DNA from: Paludibacter sp.
GTDB lineage: Bacteria > Bacteroidota > Bacteroidia > Bacteroidales > Paludibacteraceae
Direction: 5' to 3'
DNA length: 24,000 bases
Assembly (NCBI GenBank): GCA_028710895.1
Contig: JAQTTH010000002.1
Span: 299,605-323,604 of the forward strand
The notes beneath the pieces are model-generated. The model saw nothing but the letters and a program-made list of their open reading frames with translations, did no database searches and was not told the origin of the DNA. The position numbers and the translations under genes were made by a program. Below are positions 9,084 through 17,565 of this stretch, one piece after another (position 1 is the stretch's first letter; the number at the start of each line of letters is the position of its first letter).

Positions 9084-10132
9084 AACAAAACTATTTCACC
9101 GCCACAACTTGACCCCGCACCAGCAGTGCAGCCATAGCAGTGTTGCGATACTTTTACTTCGCGTTTCAATAAATAATCCAAATCGAAATTCGCCACGTGA
9201 TTTCGTTCATCAGCAGCCACTTTCATGTTCAGCATCTGATTAAAATCACAATCGAATAAATAACCATCCCAACTTACCGAAATCATATTCCGACACATCA
9301 CATTTTCGGCAGCCAATGGATTAAAAGCATTAACAAGCTCTTCCATGTACGAAACGTAATTATCTGTATTTACCAAGTAGTTAAGAAAACGGCTAACAGG
9401 CAAGTTTGTAAGCGCAAATAGTTTATTGAAAACAATGCCGTGTTCGCTCCACAAATGCTCTTTAAACTCGGTTTCGAGCATTGTTTGCGAAGCTGGCAAA
9501 AATGCTCCGGCCGGATTGTAAACCAAATCCAGCAACAAACCACTATCAGGTTTGCCGTAACCTCTGGCATTCAACATCTTCAATGCTTTTATTGAGGTTT
9601 CAAAAACACCTTTTCCACGTACTTTATCGGTGCGGGTGGCATCATAAAACGGCAAAGAACTCACTACTTCCACGCCGTTTTCGGCAAAGAAATCAGGTAA
9701 GTCATTGTGCTCATCAGCTTCCAAAAGTATAGTCAGATTGCAGCGTACAATAATCCGTTTGCCCAAAGCGTGGCAAGCCTTTACAAACCAACGGAAATGT
9801 GGGTTCAATTCCGGTGCTCCACCTGTGAGATCAACAATTGGTATATTAAATTTCTGAATGGCATTTAAGCATAACTGCATGGTTTCTTTGGTCATAATTT
9901 CCTGGCGGTCAGGACCAGCATTTACATGGCAGTGACGGCAAGTCTGGTTACACATTTTACCTACATTTACCTGAAATACATCCAAACCAACAGGTTTTAA
10001 TGAGCTGATATTGTGTTCTTTCAACTTGTCTTTGAAATATGGAACATTAGTCGACTTTGTGGTTACAAGTTCCAATACCTGAAGTTGCCGTAAGGCTTCC
10101 GCTTCTTCTTTCGCTTTATTATATGCTATCAT
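9080..10132 (-). CDS. arsS: Arsenosugar biosynthesis radical SAM protein ArsS-like
   Basis: Radical SAM CNQTCRHCHVNAGP motif; C-terminal HCYGCTAGAGSSCGG; genomic context with arsM-like gene. Confidence 0.9.
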   Translation of the reverse strand: MIAYNKAKEEAEALRQLQVLELVTTKSTNVPYFKDKLKEHNISSLKPVGLDVFQVNVGKMCNQTCRHCHVNAGPDRQEIMTKETMQLCLNAIQKFNIPIVDLTGGAPELNPHFRWFVKACHALGKRIIVRCNLTILLEADEHNDLPDFFAENGVEVVSSLPFYDATRTDKVRGKGVFETSIKALKMLNARGYGKPDSGLLLDLVYNPAGAFLPASQTMLETEFKEHLWSEHGIVFNKLFALTNLPVSRFLNYLVNTDNYVSYMEELVNAFNPLAAENVMCRNMISVSWDGYLFDCDFNQMLNMKVAADERNHVANFDLDYLLKREVKVSQHCYGCTAGAGSSCGGEIVLL

Positions 10133-10143
10133 TACATTTGTAT

Positions 10144-10479
10144 TTAGAAACTTATTTCTTCGTTTTTATTCATCATTTGCACACTATGAGCCAATACAGC
10201 TCCACCTTTTATGGCAGCTCCCACATGAACTGCTTCCATCATTTGAGCTTCCGAATATCCATTTTTCACACAATTCGTAGTATATGCATCAATGCAATAA
10301 GGACATTGAACTACATGCGCAACCGCTAATGCAATTAAATCTTTTTCTTTTTCCGTTAATGCTCCCTCTTTGAATACTTCGCCATACCAGGCGAAAAACT
10401 TGTCGGCTAAGGGTTTCTGATAATTTCCAATGGTACCAAACTTTTTTAAGTCTTCCGGTTTATAATAATCTTTTGCCAT
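10144..10479 (-). CDS. Arsenosugar biosynthesis-associated peroxidase-like protein (carboxymuconolactone decarboxylase / AhpD-like fold)
   Basis: LIALAVAHVVQCPYCIDAYTTNCVKNG motif with CxxC; sits directly upstream of arsS in transcription order. Confidence 0.85.
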   Translation of the reverse strand: MAKDYYKPEDLKKFGTIGNYQKPLADKFFAWYGEVFKEGALTEKEKDLIALAVAHVVQCPYCIDAYTTNCVKNGYSEAQMMEAVHVGAAIKGGAVLAHSVQMMNKNEEISF

Positions 10480-10484
10480 ACTGT

Positions 10485-11195
10485 TTATTCGTTTAAATTC
10501 CAGTTATATGTTAAGTAACTAATTTTTGCGTTTTTGTCAATTTTTACTTTTGAGTATTGATTCAAAAAATCAATCAGTTTTGATTTTTGTGTAAAATCGG
10601 CTGTAAACCAACTGAATATTTCTGAAATTTCAATGTTTTGATTGGTAATTTTATTTCTTCCAGTATCATTCAGAAAACGTTTCGCACTTTCATCAAGCTG
10701 AACATCCAACGTTTCCGGCAAATAAGCTTTGTTGCTCAATATCGGACATGATTTAGCTGCACAAACAATGGCAAAATGTATGCGTGCGTCTTTATAAGTA
10801 GGACGTAAAATCTTGTTCTCTATGTCGTTGAGCGTATAGGTCTTATTCTCTATTGTTATGAATTTTTTATCCCAAGGTGCACCAATATCCTTAATGCTTT
10901 TGAGTGGATAATTATCCACTATCAATTTTACTGTAAAAGCATTGTAGGCATTTATCCAATATGCTTTCGCTTCGTTGACAGTCCATTTTGCTTTGGGACT
11001 CGTGGTTTTGAGTAGTTGCAAATAGTTATCCAATTCCGCTGCATTGCTTTTAATAGCTTTGTAGTTTACATTGCCCGTAGCCGATACGTATTTATTTAAA
11101 AATCCGTTCCATTTTTCGTGAGAAAAATTACTAATTTGCGCTGAAATTAAGTGAGAACTAATGACTAAACTTAGTGTCAATATTATTGTTTTCAT
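10485..11195 (-). CDS. DUF547 domain-containing protein, secreted
   Basis: Signal peptide; NEAKAYWINAYNAFTVKLIVDNYPLKSIKDI...IHFAIVCAAKSCPILSNKAY...FLNDTGRN pattern of DUF547. Confidence 0.85.
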   Translation of the reverse strand: MKTIILTLSLVISSHLISAQISNFSHEKWNGFLNKYVSATGNVNYKAIKSNAAELDNYLQLLKTTSPKAKWTVNEAKAYWINAYNAFTVKLIVDNYPLKSIKDIGAPWDKKFITIENKTYTLNDIENKILRPTYKDARIHFAIVCAAKSCPILSNKAYLPETLDVQLDESAKRFLNDTGRNKITNQNIEISEIFSWFTADFTQKSKLIDFLNQYSKVKIDKNAKISYLTYNWNLNE

Positions 11196-11216
11196 ATTTA
11201 TATTTTTAATTGTAGT

Positions 11217-12248
11217 TTAGCAACCGCAGTTTGCTGGCGAGGAAACGTTTGAGCTTGAGGGCGAACAATCAAAAGCCCCAAAATGGGTTGACTTATCGCC
11301 AGTAATACGGAAATGCTCCGAGAAACGGGTTTCCTGCACCATGGCTGTCGTGTTACCACAAACCAACATGGGTTTACCTGTAATAAACTTGTGATGATCG
11401 TCTAATTCAAAAAAGTGAGAGTGATTCGGAATTGTCCCCAAATAAATGGCTACCTGACCGTAATCTTCGCAAATATCTTCTAACTCCAACTTAAATGCTC
11501 TAATGGTCAACGAAGTAAATTCAATCAATCCAACTTTCTCTTCAATTTCGGTATTGTTAACCGTAATGGGCGAAGAATTAGTAACACGAAAGTCATTACA
11601 TCCAATCTTTAACATCAATCGTCTAAAATCTTCAACGTACATAGCTCCACCCAAACATTCACCATGCAATACTTTGTCATTTGCCAAATGCGTTGGAATT
11701 CGTTGGTTAGCAAAAACATCCGAAAAATAAAGTTCCCCGCCCGGTTTCAACACCCTGAAAATTTCTTTGAAAACTGACTCCTTATCGGGCGATAAATTGA
11801 TAACGCAATTAGAAATAACCACATCTATAGAATTATCTTCTATGCCAATTTCTTTCAGATCCTCAATATAGCCTTGTTTGAAAACCACATTGGGTTTTTC
11901 AAAACCAAACTTGCTCGTTTGCGTATCAACATGTCTCTCGGCCACTGCCAGTTGCTCTGCTGTCATATCAACTCCAATGGACAATCCATTGCTGCCAACT
12001 AATTTAGATACAATATACACATCGCGACCTGAACCACAGCCTAAATCAAGTACGGTTTTTCCTTCGAGCAAAGCCGGAATTGGCGAACCGCAACCATAAA
12101 AGCGGTCTTTTATTTCGTTGTCAATCTGGCTTAAAGCCAACTTTACATCCGGCGAAAGTTTTTCGGTGCTGCAACAACAAGCATTGGTTTGTAAATCGCT
12201 GCTGCTTTGAAGTATTTCGCCATAATATTTTTTTACATCTTCTTTCAT
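11217..12248 (-). CDS. arsM: Arsenite methyltransferase, ArsM-like (arsenosugar-type)
   Basis: GKTVLDLGCGSGRDVYIVSKLVG, DVVISNCVINLSPDK, GGELYFSDVFA. The track start is 12311, but that overlaps the upstream CDS end; the internal ATG at 12248-12246 (MKEDVKKYYGEILQSSSDLQTNACCC) is a more likely start. Confidence 0.9.
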   Translation of the reverse strand: MKEDVKKYYGEILQSSSDLQTNACCCSTEKLSPDVKLALSQIDNEIKDRFYGCGSPIPALLEGKTVLDLGCGSGRDVYIVSKLVGSNGLSIGVDMTAEQLAVAERHVDTQTSKFGFEKPNVVFKQGYIEDLKEIGIEDNSIDVVISNCVINLSPDKESVFKEIFRVLKPGGELYFSDVFANQRIPTHLANDKVLHGECLGGAMYVEDFRRLMLKIGCNDFRVTNSSPITVNNTEIEEKVGLIEFTSLTIRAFKLELEDICEDYGQVAIYLGTIPNHSHFFELDDHHKFITGKPMLVCGNTTAMVQETRFSEHFRITGDKSTHFGAFDCSPSSSNVSSPANCGC

Positions 12249-12291
12249 AGATTTATATTTTGATTCTTGTATATAGCTATTTTTATCATTA

Positions 12292-13338
12292 TCATTTGGT
12301 TTTAAATGCAATCTTTATAATTTCTTGTGCCGACTTATTCTGAGGGGTGTAATCAGTATTGTTTATACCACCTGCATTAGTATGTTGCGGATACCATTTC
12401 CACAAAAAAGCACCTTTGAACCATGGTTTATCAGCAAAAGTTTGAAAAAATGCCTGCAATGCATTGCTTTGCGATTGCTGGTTTACGATTGTCGAAATAG
12501 GATTCCAGGGTTCTTTAGCACATTGGTCAACACTTTTGTAACCAATCTCCGTAAAAATGACCGATTTGTTTTTTGATAATCGGTATTGATCAATTTCATT
12601 CATTTCCTTTTGCCAACTGCTTACAAGACTTGCCACAGTTGGCGTGTTTTCATTCGACAAGGGAAAATAGGCATCAATCCCTATATAATCCAACTTATTC
12701 CAAAAAGGCACTTGTTGGTAATCATCCCAATTGGCGGCATAAATCAATTTACCACCGTAAAAAGTTCGGATTGTATCTATTAAATTTGACCAATACTGTG
12801 GACGCTTTTCCACCACCATTTTCAATTCAGTGCCAATGCAAAACATTTCAATATCGAGTGAATCGGCTAAATGAGCAAAATGCAAAATATAAGTTGAATA
12901 ATTTTTCTCCCATGCAGTCCATTCAACTTCAGTAGTAAGATTGAATGCAGCTGGATAAGAATTTCTAACCCAAATTTGGGGTTTCAACATCGTTTTAATT
13001 TCTTTTTCTCTTGCTAATTTTGTGGTTACAATCACTCCCAAATCCGTTTCGCCCCACCATTGATGATTTGGATCGAAAGTAACTTGGGTAGAATTCAATT
13101 GACCAAAAGCAAATGGCATTTGAGTAATATAATTGCAATTTACATCAACTATCGGTGTTATGGCTGTACTATCAAGTGTTTTTCCTCCTGCCACAAAACT
13201 CAAACCATTGAATTCGAAGTGGGCTGAAGCAATGGGCTTTTCATTTACTATTGGTTCTTTTTGACAAGCAAAAAAAGTAATTATTGCGCACATTATCAAC
13301 ACGAGCAATTGATGTTTTTTTAATTTCCTGAATACCAT
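12292..13338 (-). CDS. Glycoside hydrolase GH113/TIM-barrel-like lipoprotein (copy 1)
   Basis: Lipobox (IITFFACQK); EWTAWEKNYSTYILHFAHLADSLDIEMFCIGTEL, LDYIGIDAYFPLS, FTEIGYKS, WYPQHTNAGG. Confidence 0.75.
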   Translation of the reverse strand: MVFRKLKKHQLLVLIMCAIITFFACQKEPIVNEKPIASAHFEFNGLSFVAGGKTLDSTAITPIVDVNCNYITQMPFAFGQLNSTQVTFDPNHQWWGETDLGVIVTTKLAREKEIKTMLKPQIWVRNSYPAAFNLTTEVEWTAWEKNYSTYILHFAHLADSLDIEMFCIGTELKMVVEKRPQYWSNLIDTIRTFYGGKLIYAANWDDYQQVPFWNKLDYIGIDAYFPLSNENTPTVASLVSSWQKEMNEIDQYRLSKNKSVIFTEIGYKSVDQCAKEPWNPISTIVNQQSQSNALQAFFQTFADKPWFKGAFLWKWYPQHTNAGGINNTDYTPQNKSAQEIIKIAFKTK

Positions 13339-14324
13339 CTCTTAATAATTTTCTCAACTGGTTTATGCTGCGGTGTATAATCCGAATTTGGTTTGTCTAT
13401 GTAAGTGGCATCGTTATTGTACCATTTCCAAACAAAACCTCCAGCTACAAAATCTGTATTCCATACCGCATCATAAAATGCAGTGTAGGCATTTATTTGT
13501 GCAGCCATATTTATTTTCTCGGTTTTGGGCGTTTGTTCAAACTCCCATTGTTTGAATGCTGCATAATCTATGCTTCTGTATCCATATTCGGTAAACAAAA
13601 TCTTTCTACCGTACTTTAAACTCAATTGCTTCATTTTCAATAAAGGTAATTTCCATGCTTTTTGTAACTCTTCCACCGAAGGTGTTTTCTTAGCCGAAAG
13701 TGGGAAATAAGCATCTATCCCGATATAATCTAATTTGTTCCAAAAACTAATGTGATTAAATTCTTCAAAATTAGCCGAATAGGTTAATTTTCCTTTATAC
13801 ACATTTCTGATTTTTGAAATAAGCTCTTCAAAAAAACGACCGTGCAATTGTGTATACACTTGTAATTCAGTGCCTATTCCAAGTAGCTCCACATGCTCCG
13901 ATTGAGCAATTTGTGCTAAAAAAAGCAGATAATTACAATAATTTTGTTCCCATTCAATTCTTGTATTACCCGATAAATTAAAACTTCCAGCCCAAACATC
14001 ATTCATCAACCAACAATGTGGTTTTAAGAACACATGTAAACCTTGCTTTTTGCTACGATTAATTAGCATTCTTAATCCAATTTCGGTATCCCCCCACCAA
14101 TTTTTTGAGCTGTTATACTCCACAATACTACTATTTTTATAAATGAATGCAAAAGGACATATTGCCACCCAATTAGCATTTACTCTGTAAATTGAATCAA
14201 TACCAGTAATTTCAGTTTTATATTTTGGCGAAACAAAAGATACACCATTTATTTTTCTAAAACTCTCACCATGAATCAACTGTGCATACCCTATAATACA
14301 AAAAACAAATACAAGAATTCTCAT
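13320..14324 (-). CDS. Glycoside hydrolase GH113/TIM-barrel-like protein (copy 2, paralog of adjacent CDS)
   Basis: WEQNYCNYLLFLAQIAQSEHVELLGIGTELQ, KLDYIGIDAYFPLS, FTEYGYRSIDY, DYTPQHKPVEKIIK; parallels the motifs of 12292-13338. Confidence 0.75.
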   Translation of the reverse strand: MRILVFVFCIIGYAQLIHGESFRKINGVSFVSPKYKTEITGIDSIYRVNANWVAICPFAFIYKNSSIVEYNSSKNWWGDTEIGLRMLINRSKKQGLHVFLKPHCWLMNDVWAGSFNLSGNTRIEWEQNYCNYLLFLAQIAQSEHVELLGIGTELQVYTQLHGRFFEELISKIRNVYKGKLTYSANFEEFNHISFWNKLDYIGIDAYFPLSAKKTPSVEELQKAWKLPLLKMKQLSLKYGRKILFTEYGYRSIDYAAFKQWEFEQTPKTEKINMAAQINAYTAFYDAVWNTDFVAGGFVWKWYNNDATYIDKPNSDYTPQHKPVEKIIKRWYSGN

Positions 14325-14381
14325 AAACGACTTATTTGAATATATAGTCGAGAAGATCTACTATTCCTGACAAATAAATAA

Positions 14382-15212
14382 TTATTTTATTTGAAGTGGA
14401 TAAATAAACTGTCCCCAAAACATCTTGGGAAAAATCTTTTCATCGCCAAAACCTAATTCAATATCTCTCCCTGAGCCCGGTATGTAGTTGGTTTTAAACA
14501 AATAATCCCAAACGCTCAACGACAATCCAAAATTTACACCGTAACGCCGGCTTTCAGGAAGTTTCTTGGCATGATGCCAAATATGCATTTGTGGATTATT
14601 TACGATATATTTAAACCATCCCAACTGAATAGAAAAATTAGAATGATTGAAATGCCCGATGGCAATAGTAATGATATACATGATGGTAAAATCCTGTGCA
14701 CTCATACCAAGCAATGCCAACGGAACATATTGCAAAACGCTATAAACCAGTCCTTCCACCCAATGGTAGCGTAGATGTGCGGCAAATCCCATTTCTTTGA
14801 CAGAATGATGCACTTTGTGGAATTGCCACAACCAATCGACCCGATGCAGCAAGCGGTGAATATTAAATTGTACAAAATCGCGCAACAGAAAAAATACAAG
14901 TATTTGAACCCACGAAGGCAATGAACTGATATTTAATAGATTCAATTGTTGTATACCCATCGTATTTAACCCGACCCAAAGATATTGATGTGTCAGGCTT
15001 GCTAAAAAATTAAGCAATAACACCGGGAAAATGAACAGGTTAAAAAACATATAAAAGCCATCGAGCCAAAAATCTTTCCGAAATATAGATTGATTTTTCC
15101 GCCACGGAAAGAATATTTCTAATCCCCAAAAGAAAATGGAAAGCCCTACAAACCAATGGAAAAATGGATTTAAAACTGTTTCCGTTATATTATTTTCCAA
15201 TGTTTCTAACAT
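14382..15212 (-). CDS. Sterol desaturase / fatty acid hydroxylase family membrane di-iron protein
   Basis: Histidine boxes HRLLHRVDWLWQFHKVHHS, HLRYHW, HMQIWHHAKK within a polytopic membrane protein. Confidence 0.88.
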   Translation of the reverse strand: MLETLENNITETVLNPFFHWFVGLSIFFWGLEIFFPWRKNQSIFRKDFWLDGFYMFFNLFIFPVLLLNFLASLTHQYLWVGLNTMGIQQLNLLNISSLPSWVQILVFFLLRDFVQFNIHRLLHRVDWLWQFHKVHHSVKEMGFAAHLRYHWVEGLVYSVLQYVPLALLGMSAQDFTIMYIITIAIGHFNHSNFSIQLGWFKYIVNNPQMHIWHHAKKLPESRRYGVNFGLSLSVWDYLFKTNYIPGSGRDIELGFGDEKIFPKMFWGQFIYPLQIK

Positions 15213-15234
15213 ATAAGTTTTCTATTGATAATTT

Positions 15235-15798
15235 TCAATAATTATATCCAATACCCTTGTCGTCTTCTAATTGCACACCCAACGACAAAACAATGCGATT
15301 GACAAAATTGAAATACGCAACAACCAAAACTGCATCCAATACTCCCTCATCTGAAATTCCTACAGTTTTAAGTTCTTTTGTATAATCCGCTTTTTCGTGC
15401 AAATGCGGAAACAATGTTAGTTCCTTAGCAAATTTACATAAGGCATTTTCTTTGACAGAAAGCTCTTTTACTTCCATATTTGAAAATAACAATTGTATCT
15501 TCGATTCATTTTTCCAATATTTATTCAACGCTTCCGAATGATGTGTTTTGCAATAATTACAACCATTATTTACTGATACAACCACGGCCATCATTTCGCG
15601 TTCGGCTCGTGATAAAGCCGAATGGTTAAACATAATTTCCATGTACAAATTCATGTGAGCCACTATACTTTCGGGATGTAAACTCTGAATTGTGTGCACT
15701 GCGGCAAGTTTAGCACGACTTTTTACAAGGTCATCGTAAATCTCTTTCAATCTGCCGGTTGATTCTTCGTGTTGTATTACTTTTATTCGGGACATCAA
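15235..15798 (-). CDS. Carboxymuconolactone decarboxylase / peroxidase-related protein (AhpD-like)
   Basis: AEREMMAVVVSVNNGCNYCKTHHSEAL motif of AhpD-like peroxidase-related proteins. Confidence 0.85.
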   Translation of the reverse strand: MMSRIKVIQHEESTGRLKEIYDDLVKSRAKLAAVHTIQSLHPESIVAHMNLYMEIMFNHSALSRAEREMMAVVVSVNNGCNYCKTHHSEALNKYWKNESKIQLLFSNMEVKELSVKENALCKFAKELTLFPHLHEKADYTKELKTVGISDEGVLDAVLVVAYFNFVNRIVLSLGVQLEDDKGIGYNY

Positions 15799-15840
15799 TT
15801 AATATTATTGTTAATTTTATCATATGCTTATTTATTGCTA

Positions 15841-16050
15841 CTACATTGCTTTTACAGCAGAATAAGTTGACACTAAATAGGGCACACAATACGTTAGAAG
15901 CATTTTAAATATAGAAATTCGTTCAAAATCCAACCCAATTATGGAATTCCACTGATTGATGAGATTCAGAATTGTACCTACCACAATGGCTACTTTTAAA
16001 GCTGTAAGTACTATTTGCTTTTCAAAAGCTTGTTGGGAAAAGATATTCAT
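15841..16050 (-). CDS. Small two-TM membrane protein, NrtS-like (nitrate/nitrite transporter family)
   Basis: ORF track 15841-16086; ATG at 16050-16048 gives MNIFSQQAFEKQIVLTALKVAIVVGTILNLINQWNSIIG...LLTYCVPYLVSTYSAV, which resembles NrtS-like proteins. Either start is possible. Confidence 0.6.
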   Translation of the reverse strand: MNIFSQQAFEKQIVLTALKVAIVVGTILNLINQWNSIIGLDFERISIFKMLLTYCVPYLVSTYSAVKAM

Positions 16051-16141
16051 AGAGTTAATTTGTTGAGTTACATTGCTACACACCAATAGTCGGCAAGAGC
16101 TAATATTCCTGACAAATCAATCAAAAATAATTTTCAGAACA

Positions 16142-16149
16142 CAAAGATA
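16142..16149 (-). promoter_or_regulatory. Bacteroidetes -7 element (TATCTTTG) for the leftward cluster
   Basis: Plus strand CAAAGATA equals minus TATCTTTG (TAnnTTTG); no clear TTTG -33 box at 19-nt spacing. Confidence 0.5.
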
Positions 16150-16150
16150 T

Positions 16151-16176
16151 ATATTAGTTTCAAATGAAACTAATAT
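16151..16176. promoter_or_regulatory. 26-bp palindromic operator candidate (probable MarR binding site)
   Basis: ATATTAGTTTCA-AA-TGAAACTAATAT: perfect 12-bp inverted arms with 2-nt spacer, between divergent promoters. Confidence 0.7.
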
Positions 16177-16196
16177 TGCGGTTTGATATTTTTCGT

Positions 16197-16204
16197 TACT
16201 TTTG
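16197..16204 (+). promoter_or_regulatory. Bacteroidetes -7 element (TACTTTTG) for marR
   Basis: Matches TAnnTTTG, with ATTG at 16175-16178 as a degenerate -33 box; implies a very short leader. Confidence 0.55.
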
Positions 16205-16216
16205 CAGAAAAAAAGT

Positions 16217-16648
16217 ATGGAGTATTCCTTTTCCGGTTCATTTGGAAATCTATCGAGTAGAATTTCGCTGCAACTTAGAAAAGTTCTTATAAACAATTTG
16301 AAGAAGGCCGAAATTGAGATAACGCCTGATGAATGGTTTGTTATCTCAAAATTATATCATTCAGTATCGAGCACACAAAATGATATTGCAGAACATTTGG
16401 GATTAAGTAAAGTGAAAGTTACCCGTTTAATAGAGCAGCTCGAAAGGAATAAATTAATTCAGCGGGAATCTGAAGATGGTGACAGAAGGTTTAAAAATGT
16501 AAGTCTTACTAAAGTTGGAAAATCATTGTATTTGAAAGTTGAACCCATTGCAAAAAAGACATTAACGCAAACATTCTCAGGTTTCAGCGAAGATGAACAG
16601 AAAATATTTTTAGACTTTTATGTTCGGATATTACGTAATTTAGATTAG
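16217..16648 (+). CDS. MarR family transcriptional regulator
   Basis: STQNDIAEHLGLSKVKVTRLIEQLERNKLIQRESEDGDRRFKNVSLT wHTH. The track start at 16202 is a TTG inside the predicted -7 box; ATG at 16217 (MEYSFSG) preferred. Confidence 0.9.
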   Translation: MEYSFSGSFGNLSSRISLQLRKVLINNLKKAEIEITPDEWFVISKLYHSVSSTQNDIAEHLGLSKVKVTRLIEQLERNKLIQRESEDGDRRFKNVSLTKVGKSLYLKVEPIAKKTLTQTFSGFSEDEQKIFLDFYVRILRNLD

Positions 16649-16651
16649 AAC

Positions 16652-16930
16652 TTAGTGTTTGTCTTTGGTTAGTTCTTCCTTAATCTTACTTTTCAATTCA
16701 TCTGTATTGTGATGAGATTCTTGGTGTGAACGAAAAATAGCATCGTCGAGGAACTTGCTTTGTTTTTCGTAATTAGTGCAAGCATCGCACATGGATTTAT
16801 GCATTGTCAACCGAATTTTCTCAGAAAGAGACAGTTTAAACCTCAGTTTTTTTTCTATTAATTCTGTAGCTTTCAAACAGGAAAGAAACAGCAGTTGCAT
16901 AAGTTTTTTCATAAGTACTTTAATTTTCAA
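16652..16930 (-). CDS. Small zinc-finger-like anti-sigma / sigma-associated protein
   Basis: LSEKIRLTMHKSMCDACTNYEKQSKFLDDAI (HxxxCxxC-like); overlaps the sigma factor gene by 11 nt. Confidence 0.65.
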   Translation of the reverse strand: MKIKVLMKKLMQLLFLSCLKATELIEKKLRFKLSLSEKIRLTMHKSMCDACTNYEKQSKFLDDAIFRSHQESHHNTDELKSKIKEELTKDKH

Positions 16931-17471
16931 ACCAATTTTTTTGAATACAATTTCTTAGTTGCAGTTTAGCCCGGTGAACTATCTGCCAAAAGTTAGTCGT
17001 AGCAATGCCCAATTCCTGACAAATTTCGTCACTGCTTTTTTCGCTCAGGTATTTAAGCTTTACACTCATACTCCATTTTTCGGGCAATGCATCTAAACAC
17101 ATTTTCAATACACCTTGAAAATCAATATCGTCGAGTAAATGCCCATCTTCCGTCAACCAATTAGTTGGCTTTTTGTTTTCGTGCCAATCACCACCTTCAT
17201 CAAAATAATTTTCTAGTGAATTGTCTTCAAACTTTAGCGGCTGGTTTATTTTCACCCTGTAGTAATCGATAATTTTGAAATTCAAAATGGAGAACAGCCA
17301 AGTTTTTGGCGAACTATCTCCCCTAAAGCTTCCAATCTTTTCGGCAGCCGCCAAAAAAGTATCCTGAACCAAATCCTCAGCCATTTCGGTTGATGACGTT
17401 TTGTGATATGCCCAACGGTAAAGCTCATCGGTGTATTCAGAAACCCAGTTTTCCAAGAGTGCGTTTGTCAT
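16920..17471 (-). CDS. RNA polymerase sigma-70 family (ECF) factor
   Basis: LYRWAYHKTSSTEMAEDLVQDTFLAAAEKIGSFRGDSSPKTWLFSI; LKYLSEKSSDEICQELGIATTNFWQIVHRAKLQLRNC. Confidence 0.9.
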   Translation of the reverse strand: MTNALLENWVSEYTDELYRWAYHKTSSTEMAEDLVQDTFLAAAEKIGSFRGDSSPKTWLFSILNFKIIDYYRVKINQPLKFEDNSLENYFDEGGDWHENKKPTNWLTEDGHLLDDIDFQGVLKMCLDALPEKWSMSVKLKYLSEKSSDEICQELGIATTNFWQIVHRAKLQLRNCIQKNWFEN

Positions 17472-17565
17472 ATATTAATTTATTTTCAGTTCAACAATTT
17501 CAAGTAACATAAGTTTATTGCAATGATATAAACAAGTTCGATTAATTTGAATTAATACCTTTGCT

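Noticed and set aside
10057-10132. Possible selenoprotein version of ArsS (in-frame UGA)
   Set aside because: The C-terminal motif here is the cysteine form (CYGCTAGAGSSCGG) with no internal stop; no SECIS expected.
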